DNA from: the human T2T-CHM13v2.0 reference genome, Homo sapiens
DNA length: 64,000 nucleotides
Assembly (NCBI RefSeq): GCF_009914755.1
Contig: NC_060927.1
Reading direction: 5' to 3' (one strand)
Part shown: positions 1-13,699 of the stretch, one piece after another
How the letters are laid out: each line of letters opens with the position of its first letter
How positions within the stretch are numbered: the stretch's first letter is position 1
Program-made: the position numbers and the translations under genes
The notes under the pieces: generated by a model
Databases searched by the model: none
What the model was told of the DNA's origin: nothing
What the model saw: the letters and a program-made list of their open reading frames with translations, nothing else

Positions 1-2245
1 TCCAAGGGAAGTCTTGCTCAACCCAGCCATTACCATCTTTGCTCCACACCCTACCTTAGATACAGAGCATATGTTCCAGACAACTGAGAGTTTCACAGCC
101 CAATTAATCACCTGAGGCATGTGTACTTCTATTCGTTAACAAAGATTAAGTATAAACCATACTGCTACCACTGCATCTGGCTGTCATATCCAAGCTCTAC
201 CTACTGGCTTGGAGGTCCACTGACAAAATTCATTACTACATCTGTTGACACTAGTGCACAGTGCTCAAGAAATAGACAAGCTTCCTGATACCTCTGCTAC
301 CATTATTACCCATAGTAACTTGGCTACCAAGGAGGGAGAGAACCCATTCAGCTAAATGGCATGCCAAGTCACCACACAAAGGCTATTTATAAGTAACAAA
401 ATTATACAGTCTTCTCCATTAAACGTATTAAGAAGCAAAGCCAAACAGCCTTACTCAACACACATCACAGTCACAGCCTCAAGGCTGTGACTCAAGGAGA
501 AAATAGAAAGCAGAAGACCTGCCCCAACAAAAACAAATGCAAAAATTAAAAGAAGAGACTTTCTCCAGATGCAAATAATTCAGCAGAATAATACTGGACA
601 TATAAAAAAGCAATGGGTTATGACACTCCAAAAGGAACACAATAGTACACTAGCAGTAGATCCTAACCAAAAAAGAAATCTTAGAAATGCCAGATGAAGA
701 GTTCAAAATATTGATTTTAAAGAAATTCAATGAGATGCAAGAGAAATCTGAAAGCCAATACAAAGAAATGAGAACACCAATTCAGAATATGAATGGGAAG
801 TTTACTAAGAAAATAGATGTTGAAAGGAAAGCATACAGAACTTTTGGAAATAAAAAATGTATTGAAGGACTTACAAATTACAGTTGAAAGCTTCCATAAT
901 AGACTAGATCAAGTAGAAGAGAGAATCTCAGAACTTGAAGACAAATCTTTTGAATTAATTCAATCAAACTAAAATAAAAAATTAAAAAAAACCAATGCCC
1001 TCAGAAACTATGGAACAATATAAAGTGACTGTAATTACAAATTATTGACATTCCTGAGGAAGAAGAAAAATCAAAAGGCTTACAAAATCTATTTAAGAAC
1101 ATAGTTGATGATAACTTCCTGAGTCTAGCAAGATATTTGGCACCCAGATACAAGGGCCCCCAAAAAACCCACCCCAGATAAATACATTGCAAGAAAGGCT
1201 TCACCATAATATATAGTCACCAGACTGTATAAAACAAGATGAAGAAAAAAAAATCTAAATATCAGCAAGAGAAAAGCATCTAGTCAAGCAAGAGAAAAGC
1301 ATCTAGTCACCTATTAGAAAAAAACAAGCCCCCATCAGATTAACAATGGACTTCTAAGCAGAAACCTTACAAGCCAGAAGAGTTCAGAATATTATCTTCA
1401 AAGCACTTAAAGTAAAAATCCCTGCCAGCCATGAATTTATTCTTATTGTAATACCTGGTAACTATAACTTATCTCATCATAAGTTCATGGTTGGCATGGT
1501 TATTCTTCTCTTATAGCAATAAGCTTGTTCTTATCATAATAAGCTTCAGAAATGAAGGAGACAGAAAGTCCCAAAGAGAACACTTAGGAAATTTATCACC
1601 ACTAGACTGGTCTTACAAGATGATCAAAGGAGTTCTAACATGGAAACAAAATGACAATATTTGCCATTATAAAAACACACAAAGTACAAAACAAATAGGT
1701 CTTATAAAACAATTACACAAATGAGGATAAAAAACAAATAAAATGATATCATGACAGAACTCTACCAAAACTCAAAGACAAACATACAAAAAAATGAAAC
1801 AAAGAGTCTACAAGACAACTAGATAAAAATTAACATTATGACATAAACAAAACCTCACATGTCAAGATTAACCTTGAGCATAGACAGCTTAAATGATCAA
1901 CTAAAAATATATTAAGAGATGGAATGGATTAAAAACCTGAACTAACTATATGCTGCTTTAAAAAGGCAGACCTTCCTAGTAAAGAAACTTACAGACTGAA
2001 GGTAAGAGATGAAAAAAGATATTCCATACAAACGCAAATCAAAAGCAAGCAGGAGTGGCTATAGTTGTATTAGATAAAACAGACTTCAAATTAACAGCAA
2101 GTAAAAAAAAGTCATTCTACAGTGATAAAGGGATCAATTCAATAAGAGATTATAACAATCTTAAGTATATATACACCTAATATCAGATCACCCAGTTTCA
2201 TAAAACAAATATTACACCTAAAGAGATAGCAATACAATAATAGTA
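1..2245 (+). mobile_element. Old LINE-1 5' portion (5'UTR, decayed ORF1, ORF2 endonuclease start), cut off at its 3' side
   Basis: ORF 687-887 (MPDEEFKILILKKFNEMQE) resembles L1 ORF1p. ORF1-like DNA runs to ~1700 and endonuclease-like DNA ~1850-2245 (gcaggagtggctata, gataaaacagacttcaaa, gataaagggatcaattc). Many stops and frameshifts. The left boundary is uncertain. Confidence 0.85.
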
Positions 2246-2320
2246 AATAAATACATGTGAAGCATTTAGAACAATCCCAGGTGTGAAGTAAGCAATCAAC
2301 AATAGTTATTCATAATAATT
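2246..2320 (+). mobile_element. MIR 3' fragment
   Basis: catgtgaagcatttagaacaatcccagg...agtaagcaatcaacaatagttatt resembles the MIR 3' end. Confidence 0.6.
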
Positions 2321-4530
2321 ATTACGTGTTTTTTGAAATGCTTATTATTTATTTTGTGAATATGTTGCCATGAATAGAAACAATGTACAAAACATACATT
2401 GCACCTTTACTTCATGTTCCCACATAGTGAATTACTAATCATTTAACATTAAATATATTGGATTTATTTTATGAGTGCAATTTTAGAATGCAAACAATAG
2501 GTATAAAAGACTACAAATAAATATTCGTTATTTCTCTCTTAGATTCCTTTGCTAATATCCTTTGTTAAAGGTCTTCTGTGTTTTACTAATTAATTGCTAA
2601 GATTGAGTTCAGGTGTGAAAATTATATGCAGTTAATTTTAGATTCCCTTGAGTCTTCTATCTGAAGTTCATTGCTATCCTATCTGGTCAGGAATCTATCT
2701 TGCTCCAGGGAGAAAAGTCTCATGTTAGTTACCTGTTGCTAAAAATACTTGGCGTCTTGAGTTATCATCCTTCCTGTGGAAAGTATTGTCCTTTGTTTTG
2801 TAAAAGGCAATCTACTGTAAAAACTTCTTTTAATTTTCACTGACTCTTTTGTCAGATTATAAATTACAAGTGGAGAGTGAGAATTGTTAATCAAGCTGCC
2901 TTCCTCCAACGATGCTAGCAACATGCAATGAGTAATGTCAAATTCCTTTCTAATGCAAAATTTTAGAAAAAAAACACTTTAAGTGGAAAAAGCTGTACTT
3001 CTTTTCACGTTCATTACCAATTTTTATGTCAATATTTCTTAATTGATTGTAAATCATAAGAAAACAAAGAAGGACCTAGCAAATTAAAAACTAGGTTGAA
3101 TATAAAATTGACAGTACCTAAAACCAATAATCTTACTTCTAACTCTTATGAGATAAAAAATGATACATTTATTAACACACACATTTATCTATATTTGCCT
3201 TATATGTAATCAATGCTGTTGTAAAGTAACATCAGCAACCTATGCACTAAAAGAATCTTGATCTTAGAATAAAAATAGCAATTTAGGAGAAAGTTGCTAG
3301 TCACTTACAGCTTAGTTGTGGTTAAGTGAAAACAGGTCATGCACTAGGGTTCGAAATTCCAAAGCAAATTATCAAATAAACAAGTAAATCAAGATAAACA
3401 GCTGGAATCAAGTTATCAAACTGGAAGTGAAACAGCAGAGCTACAGAGAAGGCTGAAATTAGTTTTGTGAAGCCATTTTCATAAACACCAGAAGTCAAAA
3501 TTAGGGATTAAGAAGAGATTTTAAATTTACAGCCCCTAAAAGTTTTATTCTCCACTCTTAACAGAGTATTTAACAGAACCTAACTGCCTAAGTGGTTGAT
3601 TTTTAAGTAAACTAGAGAGAGAGAGTTTCAGCTAAAAGGATAGGGCATTGGGCTGTTATATGCCATATTAATTTCTCTGATGGAAAGAATTCAGTATCCA
3701 ATTTCTTAGTTGCAAGTTCATTTTTGCAGAGATATCCTGTTTGTTTTCCTAGAGTACCAACCATGGAGAATCACAATGTTTGTTAGACAGCAGGGTATGG
3801 CTGGTACACCTATTTTCTGTTTTCTAGTCAAAACACCTTTCCCACCAACCAAAGACAGATTGACAAAATTGAATTGGATCAGGAATTAGCACATATTATC
3901 GGGCAGTTTGAAGTCCTAAAGAGCAAGGATACCAAAACTCATCTTGGAATGCACTTATCTTTTTTTTTCTGATAAAAAATACTTGATTGCTCTACATAAA
4001 GGATTATAACCAGATTTACTTGCTTTGGGGAAAAAAATCTATGCAGTCCCTATTTAAATGGAGTAAATAATACAAATTTAAAACTTCAGTACTGTTTTCT
4101 TAGTTTTGTCAATATCTTTCTATTATTGTACCCAATTCTTTCATTTTGAAAGCTGAATTGGGGAAACAGTGTGCTCTAAACGTTATGAGCAATTGTTTCC
4201 AGTACAAGAAGAGCTAAAACAAAGGGAGCTACAGAGAATTCAAAGGGCACATTCTTTATTTCATGATTGAAAACATTAAAAAAAAAGAACTAAATACAAT
4301 TATTGGTATTAATTCAGGACCCCCAAAGTACAGATGTTGAACTGTTTCTGAAATAATTAGTTCCCTGGGGACCAAAGAATGAAACGAAATCCTAATTTCC
4401 TCCAATGTATGATGGTATGTGTGGTGGGGAGGGGACGATTTCCTGAAACAGTCAATGTTTTTAAAGTCATTCTTTCTGAGAAAAGGGCATGTTAAGACAG
4501 AAATCTAGGAAGAAATAATCTTCACAGTAA

Positions 4531-4725
4531 AGTGGGATTTTTCAGACTGTACTATTCACATTTTCAGAAGCTATTCTATGCATGGCAGGATGTTTAGCAG
4601 TATCTATGGTCTCCACTCACCAGATGCTAGCAGCACTTTGTCCCAAATTATTACAGTCAAAAATTTTCTCGGGTCTTGTTAAATGTCCTCTGGGGAACAA
4701 AACTGCAACCTATTGAGAAGCAATG
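4531..4725 (-). mobile_element. MER20-like hAT-Charlie DNA transposon relic
   Basis: ggatgtttagcag...ccactcaccagatgctagcagcac...aaatgtcctctgggg...ttgagaagcaatg matches the reverse complement of the MER20 consensus as I recall it. Confidence 0.75.
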
Positions 4726-4801
4726 GGCAAGAAACATCAAGCAGTAGTTTTCTCTTTGGGGGCTTTCCAGCCTTAGGACTTAGGCTCACAGGATTTCTTT
4801 T

Positions 4802-5091
4802 TTTTTTTTTTTTTAGACGGAGTCTCGCTCTGTGTCCCAGGTTAGAGTGCAGTGGCGCGATCTCAGCTCACTGCAAGCTCCTCCTCCCTGGGTTCACGCC
4901 ATTCTCCTGCCTCATCCTCCCGAGTAGCTGGGACTACAGGCGCCCGCCACCACGCCCGGCTAATTTTGTATTTTTAGTAGAGACGGGGTTTCATCGTGTT
5001 AGCCAGGATGGTCTGGATCTCCTGACCTCGTGATCTGCCCTCCTCGGCCTCCCAAAGTGCTGGGATTACAGGCGTGAGCCACCGCACCCGG
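4802..5091 (-). mobile_element. AluY, full length
   Basis: Poly-T tail; AluY diagnostics (gcaagctcc, gttcacgccattc, gtgttagccaggatgg, gacctcgtgatc); CpG-rich; 15-bp TSD cacaggatttctttt at 4787-4801 and 5092-5106. Confidence 0.97.
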
Positions 5092-5296
5092 CACAGGATT
5101 TCTTTTGTGAGAAAATTGAAATGTGGGAATAACAAACTGAACAACAAGAATGGGTTTGGACATGCGGACTTGCAAAATATACACACAGGATGGCAGTTAT
5201 AATTGTTACTCTAGACTGTACTACTTTGGGTTTTCTCTGATCCATGTTGGTGGGAGTGTAACACGGTATAATCTTTTATGACTACACTATGACCAA

Positions 5297-5980
5297 TTGT
5301 AACAGAGCAGCTTAGCTTCCAGCCGTGTTTTAATACTTGATCTTTCCTCCTTTCTCCCTAGCCTCAAGATGTAGCTTTGAGACAAACTACACGTGTATTT
5401 TCTTCTGTCTGGAAATATAGCCTTCCCAGGTGTTTTAAAACTTCGCTGCATTCCTTTTCCCACCTTATGCTTCCATGCTTTATACACATTTATTTACCTG
5501 GATGCTTGTTAGGCTCAAACTATGCTCACTTATCTGGTCATATATTTCCTTAGAAGCTTCAGGGGCCAAATCCTGACATGAACCAGACACCCGGAGAATT
5601 CTCTCCCTAGTAGAAGATTACTTCAAAGCCAAAGTTCACCTCTGGCTAGGGATCGACTGCAAAATTGACTGCAGTTGATTTGTAACCTGGTTGGGTCCAA
5701 GATGATGCAGTCCTTTCACCAGATAAAACAATAATTCAAGATAAGCCATAAGAACAAGTCACATAGCCAGCACCTCGTAGCCCCCTGGCCTCTCCTGTAT
5801 TCCAAGCCCCTCTCCTTAAACTCCTGCCCACTCTCCAGAAATTGGAAAGTGGAAATTTTTGGAAAGGATTCCAGTCATATTACCCTTTGCTGGCAACAGA
5901 TTTAAAAATTCACTCTTTTTATCATACCTTGCTCTTGCTACTTTGGCTTTCTTGTACAGGTAGTGAGCAGTCAGACTATC
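5297..5980 (+). mobile_element. Probable old ERV1-class solo LTR (family not assigned)
   Basis: Begins TGT; ~680 bp; LTR-like composition, ending in ...ggtagtgagcagtcagac as in MER4-group U5 ends. Boundaries approximate. Confidence 0.5.
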
Positions 5981-5989
5981 TATCTTCAA

Positions 5990-6100
5990 AAAGTTTGCAA
6001 AATTGTTCCTAGCAGCTCTAATTATAATAAAAACTGGAAACATTCCAGGTGTTCATCTACAGAAGAACAAATAAATGGTGATGTGTATATATATATGGAT

Positions 6101-6135
<35 letters not shown>

Positions 6136-6640
6136 CACACCCTAAAAATAATAAATATTCAACAAGAAGGAAGATCTATGGAAACACACACAACATACAT
6201 GAATCTTGAAAAGTCTTAACACTGATTGAAAAAGCTCTATGGAACGGACTAAATAGTGTATGCTTTCATTCATGTGAAATTCTAGATCAGGCAAAGCTAA
6301 TACATGGTAGAGAAAAATCAGATGGTGATTGCCTCTAGGAGTAGGGACCGACTGCAAAGGAAAATGAGGTAGCTTTCTGGGGTGATGGCGATGTTTCATA
6401 TTTGACTGGAGGTTAGGATCTTGTTCATCACATTATCTAGTTATTTCATCATATGTTCAAAAGAAAAAGGCATGTGCAAATAGTGATTTCTAATAGAATT
6501 ATGCACAATGAAGTATTTTGCATAACATGTACTGATATACATGCAAAAAAACCCACAAAATAAATGAACGGATAAATAGATGTATAAATATATGGTAAAT
6601 CAAGTATATTAGAATATAACAAAATCTAGGTGTGGCAGTT
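5990..6640 (+). mobile_element. L1M (L1MD/L1ME-like) 3'UTR fragment with embedded (TA)n(CA)n microsatellite at ~6085-6140
   Basis: aaaactggaaaca...tgttcatc, aaattctagatcaggcaaagctaat, ctttctggggtgatgg are old-L1 3'UTR motifs. Confidence 0.7.
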
Positions 6641-7530
6641 CTAGTTCAGAGACCCTTAGTATGATGTCCTCAGATTACTTAATCACCTTGATTCTCAGTT
6701 GTCTAAACTAATAGTTTAAAAAATATTTTTGAAATGAGTCACTATGAGTATTTGAAGCATATGTACTTAGCACATCATTAAGTGGTCAATATGCTTTATT
6801 GAACCTAAATTGCATTTTTAGGAAGGTATATGTTCTTGCTTCCTGGATTTGAGCTGGAATGATTAAGTATTCTAATTATATAATTATTTTGTATATAGAA
6901 TTGCGGAAAAAACTGTACTTTTTTATTCTAAATTTTTTTTCTGTGCACATTAAAAAAATAAAGACAAAATTTCACTGGATAGTTATCCTTTTCCTTCTTT
7001 TTGTGTGTTTTTCCGTCTAACCTTGTTTGTCTCTCTGCTCTAGGAAATTTCTTTTTAACTCATTGTTACTAGAGTTATGCTTACTAGGGAAGAAGTCTAT
7101 TTACTAGGGCTCCATTAACAACCATAACTTTAAAAAACGACTTAATCGTTACTTCCTAAAAACCATAAATATGGAAAGAATTATATTTGCTTTTCTTAGC
7201 ATGGAAATGATAGTGTTGTGTGGTACACTAAAGAGAGCAGAAGCATTGGTTATCAGAGGACTATCTTCTAAAATCTCACCTGTTGCCTAGAACAGTGTCT
7301 TGTACACAAAATTTGATGCACTATTCTTTGAATAATAAAAATGGGTATTAAAGTAGCAAAAATAATCAGAAATAAACTTTGTAAGAAATGTGGATGGTGT
7401 ATATAAGGATTTGTTTGAAATGCTGCTGGGGCACATAGAAGAACATCTGAATACAAAGTGTTAACATCATAATGATTTCTCTTCTGCTATCTTGTTCTAT
7501 GAATGATCATTGCCTTATTTAAAAAATTGA

Positions 7531-7882
<352 letters not shown>

Positions 7883-8049
7883 TTAGTTACAAAATTCATT
7901 TGAAAAAATTTTAAAAAAGGAGAAAAAAGACCTTTCTGAAAAGAAAGTGGTAGTAAGAACGGTTGTCACCATATACTAAACTGCAAATTCATGATAATAT
8001 TTTTATACGGCACAAGAATACTGAAAAATGTCAATAAAAAAGCCTGAAA

Positions 8050-10385
8050 ATAGTTTCAAATGTACTAAAAGTAATGTATAATTAAAAGCATCTCATTAAT
8101 GTCAGGAAAAGATATATAATTCAATAAATTTCAGGGACAAGTAGAGATACAAAAAAATAGTAAAACTGGATACTTACAACAGATCTTACTAAAAAAGTCA
8201 GAATGAAGAAAATAAACTCAAAAATGTCATAAAAATGTTTGAAACAAGTTGAGATATTTTCTTTATATTCTCAACTTAGAGAATACCTCTCTGCATTTGA
8301 CTCAAATCCAAAACCCATCAAAAGCTATAAAATAAGACTTCAAAAGATTAAAACATTTCAGAAAACAACCCCACAATGTCAAAATTAAAATAATACAAAG
8401 AAAAATAAAATGCTTGAAACTCCTAGATAAAAGGCTGTTATCCTTATCTAAGGAATTAGATAAATTTGTTTGCAAAGTAATTCAGTGAGTAAAAGGTAAA
8501 ACATCTCAACAGAAAAATGTCCAAAGAAATCAACAGATGTTTTACAGAAAAGGACATAGTCTTAAACATTTGATTTTTCTAGGAGAAAAAATACAAATTG
8601 AAATTTTGTTTCTTATTTAGATTGGATGGAGTAATTGTTTTTTCAATTTGTAGTTCCATGGACTAAAAATTGTATACTCGATTTATAACTATATATCATG
8701 TCACCATGATTTTAAATTAATATGAATTAAATATTAGACTTCCACATAAACATATTCTCCCATTTCATATTATGGTTGTAAAACTTGTATTTTAATGTCA
8801 ACCTCAAAATAAGCGGGTAGTTTTGGTCATTCTTTTCTTCACTCTTCCCATTGGGAGTGGGATGGTCTCTCCCATCCATTTAACTTTCTTTAACTCATAG
8901 AATGTTAGAAATGAGGATGCAAGCAGGAACTTGAAAATGTCATGGTCTATTGTGACTCTTGCTTCTTCAAAAATGAAAACATGCCCAGGATAGCTAGGTA
9001 AAAGATGAGAGACAAGGCCATTCTAGACCAGCCAAATAGAGTAAGTTCTCTTACATAAAATGCCATATTTACAATAACCATTTTATAGAATATTCTCTTT
9101 TTTTATATAACACCTTCTGAAGATATATTTGATGTACAATTAATTGCATATATTTAAAATGTATAATTTACTTTTTTTGGTAAAATTTTATAAATTGTGA
9201 AGTTATAATTTAAAATGTAATTCTTTATATACATATACATCTATCTTTATTTTCTTGCCTTGAGGGATTGCTGAATTTCCTGGATGTGTTGGTTTATAAT
9301 TTTTACTTAAAACTTTATTGAAATACACTTTCTTGCCTATCAGAATGAGGATCAAAAATTAAAATGTTCTACTGTTGGTCAGTAGGACTATAACTGGGTA
9401 AGCTCTATTAAAACAATTTGATAATAACTTTCAATATCAAAAATACATATACTCTTTGAGACAGAAATTCAAATTACTAGAATTTGTCCTGTAGATATAC
9501 CAGCATATGTGAAATAAATATGTGTAAGAAATTTATAGCAGCATTGCTTTAAATATAAAACACTAACTCTTTCTTAAAAGTTGGTTAAAGCAGAATAGTG
9601 GTTATCAGAAGCTGGAGGGAATGAAGATTGGGAGATGGTCAAAAGATACACAATTTCAGTCAGACAGGAGGAATAAGTTCAAGAGATCTGTTGTATATTA
9701 TAGTGACTACAGTTTGAAACAATATATTGAAAATTGTTAAGAGAGTAGATTTTATGTGTTTTGACCACAAAAAAAGAAAAGTATGTGAGGTAATGCATAC
9801 GTTAATTAACCTCATTTAGACATTCCACAATGTATACATATCTCAAAACATTATACATACCATAAGTATAGACAATTTTTGTCAATTTAAATCAATTAAT
9901 AAAGTAAATGGTTAAATAAGTTATAGTATATCTATAAACTGGAGCACCACAAAGCTACTAAAAATGAGGTAACTTTATATCTATTACTATGAAATACTGT
10001 AAGGGGAGGGAAAAAAGAATGCAGAACAGGGTGAAGTTTATACTACAATGTGTGTAAATACGTGTCTGTTGATAAAAGAGCTCCTCGATTGCACCACTTT
10101 AGAAGCATCGTTTACATCCTAATACATATAAATGATGTCCCTGGATTGTACAGTGCTGAGTTTGTACTGCCATGCATCCCTGTTCTAACATATGAGATAG
10201 AATCTCTCTGAAAGGATACACAAAAAGTGGTATTAAAAGTGGCCTCTGGGTAGGGAATTACATGGCTTGGGGAAGAAATGGTAAGGAAATTTATTTTCTA
10301 TAATACCTTTTTGTAGACTTTTAATTTTGTGCTATGAATATTAATACCTATTTTTAAAATGAGCAAACATAAATTTTAAAAATTA
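8050..10385 (+). mobile_element. Patchwork of very old L1ME-like ORF2-end/3'UTR fragments with younger insertions
   Basis: A-rich degenerate L1 motifs (e.g. 8505-8560, 9330-9560, 9905-10030, 10200-10380). Boundaries approximate. Confidence 0.5.
9590..9903 (+). mobile_element. L1MA 3' terminal fragment
   Basis: caaaagatacacaatttcagtcagacaggaggaataagttcaagagatct...tgtgaggtaatgcatacgttaatt...aataaa is a typical L1MA 3' end. Confidence 0.85.
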
Positions 10386-11315
10386 ATACTAAAGTTTCAG
10401 TATGCAGAGAAACCTATTAGCTAAGAAAACCTGGCTCTCTGCTTTAAGGAAACAGTTTTAACTCACCGCTACATTCATTTTAGTTGGTTCTATTTGACAC
10501 TAAAGTACCTTATTTTTTCCCCTTGAACACAAGCATGCTGTTTGTGTCCTATTTCTGAGAATAAAGTGCCACTTTGATCTAGAAAGTCACTTCAGGGGTC
10601 ACCATGTTAGGTAAGCAATGTTTCCTTCAAGTTTCATGACCGATTATTTATAGTATTTGTAGTTTAATTTTAGGAGAAACATATAGGAGAATTGCTAGTG
10701 ACCTCCGTTTGGGTCTTGCTTCAGAGGTAATTTTCTTTGCTTTACTGCTGACCTGAGAATCCAGATTCTTTTTTAAAGACATGATATATTTTCTTCAAAA
10801 AATGCTATGAAGTTTATCTGCAGTCTTGTTTTTGAAGGTTGGTAGAAAAACGAACTTAATAATTTTAAAACAAACTGACTTTCTTTAGCACCACAAAAGA
10901 TATAGCCCAAGGTTAACAGCCTGCTCTATTACCTGTAGAAGTCTTAGCTCTTTTGTTTATATAAACACAATCCCTTAAAAATTGGCATTTTCATGATGAA
11001 GATAAAGCTATTTTTCTTTCCCTTTTACTGTATGATACTTGCTTGTTTAGCTTTGTTAACAGCAAACTACATTGCTGGGAGGGGAGGGAAGGACCAATAA
11101 CTTACAATCAACTCTGTCACTTACAGACTTATTCCAAGTGCCATTATATACCACAGAATGTTCTGTGTCATCTGTTCAAGAGCATCAAGTAGTAATGAAT
11201 TCAAAGAACCAAGGTCAAGAGGCCGGAGTAAAACACAAAGGGATATTCTGTTTTAAAAGAGTCATTTACAGGATTAGGATATACAATGCAATATCAAGTA
11301 ATAAAATTAAAATAT

Positions 11316-11880
11316 GATGAATACAGTGAATCAAATTTATCTGAAAAGTAATTTGGAGGAAAGAGGCTTTATTCCAGTGAACAGTTAGCAAACAGATGCA
11401 GCCTTCAGAGTAAAGTGAAGGTGTATTTTAGAGAACAAAGAGAGGGTTTAGGTTTTAAAGCAATAGTTCTTACCCAGGTTCCCAATCAAGTGTGTTTATG
11501 CAAATGAAAGAATCCAACTTACTTAGTTCTAACTGGTCACCACAGCTGTGTCCTGTTTGGTCAGTACAGTGAGCTCTGATTGGTTGGTTCAGGTAAGCTC
11601 TGATTGGTTGATTTACAAGTCCTAAACCAGAAGTCTCTGTCGATGTTTCTTTAAAATGATGAGAGAGGCTTTGCTGTAATTTTTCTTAGTACCTACAGCA
11701 GAAACTGGTTGGCTTGATTATATAGAAAGGGCAGTCCTCTTACACTTTTACAACACCTTTCTGAGAACACAGAGTATGTAACCACTTGCTCACTCAACTC
11801 TGGCACACTAGTTCTATTTTAACTTATCACGGTTAGACATGGGGAGTCCATTTTGTACATCAAACATGCACATTTTAACA
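11316..11880 (-). mobile_element. ERV1-class (MER4-group-like) solo LTR
   Basis: Minus strand starts TGTTAAAATG...aaaatggactcccc and ends in CA; repeated CCAAT boxes (ctgattggtt on +), minus-strand AATAAA near 11370, octamer ATGCAAAT at 11498-11505. Confidence 0.65.
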
Positions 11881-12117
11881 GTGCCAAGGCAAAGATAACA
11901 AATAAAAAATTATAGCATATAAACCAAATAGTTTTAAATTGCAAAATCATATACAACAAAAGATATGCACAACATTATGCATATGTAGAAAGAGTCATCA
12001 TGCACAGCATCATGTATCATGAAGAAGGAGGTAAATAAATGAACAGAAGTTTTCATTTTATGAAAACAAAAATTTTAAAGCTATTTTGCTCTCTTTAATA
12101 AAACATTAAAATTTGTA

Positions 12118-12371
<254 letters not shown>

Positions 12372-13224
12372 TAAAATTTATGTTCTTAAGTGGATATCAT
12401 GTGGAACTGAATGATATTCTTGCCCAAGATTTTATTTGTTAATTTTTTTATGACATAGATCCAATTTTAATATATATTTATGTTGAGTTAAATAAGAGAC
12501 TAGATTTACATATAACTGTGTATATGTAAGAGACTACATAATGCCATATTTCATGTGTACATTAATTTTTCCATGTATTCACTCAGTTATTACTGAGTGG
12601 TGTGTGTGTGTGTTTGTGTGTGTGGTGTGTAGTGTGTGTTATATTTGACACATTTCTAATGGAATGCCAATGCATTTGGTAAAAAATACAGGCCAAAACT
12701 AAAGCAAAACAGCTGCCTACTCATGAATTCTGTACTCATTTATGTTTTTTCTATGGGGTGCTTAAATTTCTTATGTGTTATACCTTTGCTTTCTTCATGG
12801 ATTGTGGATGTTACAAATATCTTTTTCCAGTCCATTATCCAGCCAATAACACATTATTATCATAGTGTTCTTTATTGAACACAAATCTTTAATTTTTGAT
12901 GTTGTAAATCCATCATTTTCAGTTATAATTTGTCCAGTATAGGACTTACAGAAAAAAATTTGAGATATAAAATTTTAGATGTGATGGTATAAAAAAAACA
13001 CAAATTAGTTTTTATCTCTAGATAAGTGAAGTATAAAGTGGTATTTGCTTACAATGGAATACCATGTAATACAATGAAGTAATTAATTGGATTTATTTAA
13101 TGTAATACAGATAGACCTCACAGCATTGCTCTGAGTATTACAAATAGAAAATGTAAAGATATTTAATATAATAGAATTTATGTAAATTAAACAAACATAT
13201 AAAATGATGTTATTTTTGTTAAAG

Positions 13225-13452
13225 GATATATATGTGTTATATGTTTCATACATATAAATATATACATGAATATAAATACATAAATACATCTTGTATATAT
13301 TTCTATTTATAAATATAAAAATATATATTTACATTTTATAAATATGTAAATATATTTATGTATTTATAAATATTTAAATATATAAATAAAAACATTTAAA
13401 ATATATAATAAATATATATTTATAAATACATAAATAAATATTTTAAATTTAA
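13225..13452. repeat. AT-rich low-complexity (TA-rich) tract
   Basis: Almost entirely A/T, with degenerate ATAT/AAAT units. Confidence 0.9.
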
Positions 13453-13460
13453 AGGGAGTG

Positions 13461-13579
13461 CATTTTCTTCACTTTCTTAGGAGCTCTTTTTAGTATATTA
13501 AATGAATGCCCTCCCAGCTGTATTGGGAGGGCATTCATTTGATATACTAAAAAGAGCTCCTAAGAGGGTGAAGAAAATG
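13461..13579. repeat. Long near-perfect inverted repeat (57-bp arms, 5-nt loop)
   Basis: Arm 13461-13517 is the reverse complement of 13523-13579 at 53 of 57 positions; loop CTGTA. Confidence 0.97.
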
Positions 13580-13699
13580 AGTGTGAATTAAGTGTAATTG
13601 AAAAATACTGAAATAAAGCAGCAGAATGTTCTTGCCTTATACCAGCTGCTAATGATTTTGGGACATGACTCAAGGGGTAAAACAATTGATCACTAAAAA

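Noticed and set aside
4683-5186. ORFs of 61-116 aa over the Alu (similar ones at 7547-7855, 32182-32397, 51338-51595)
   Set aside because: Standard Alu-derived translations (e.g. [12 protein letters not shown]), not genes
10605-10616. Strong + strand splice donors (AG|GTAAGC here, AG|GTAAGT near 46080)
   Set aside because: No convincing paired acceptor with a coding frame; such motifs occur by chance in 64 kb
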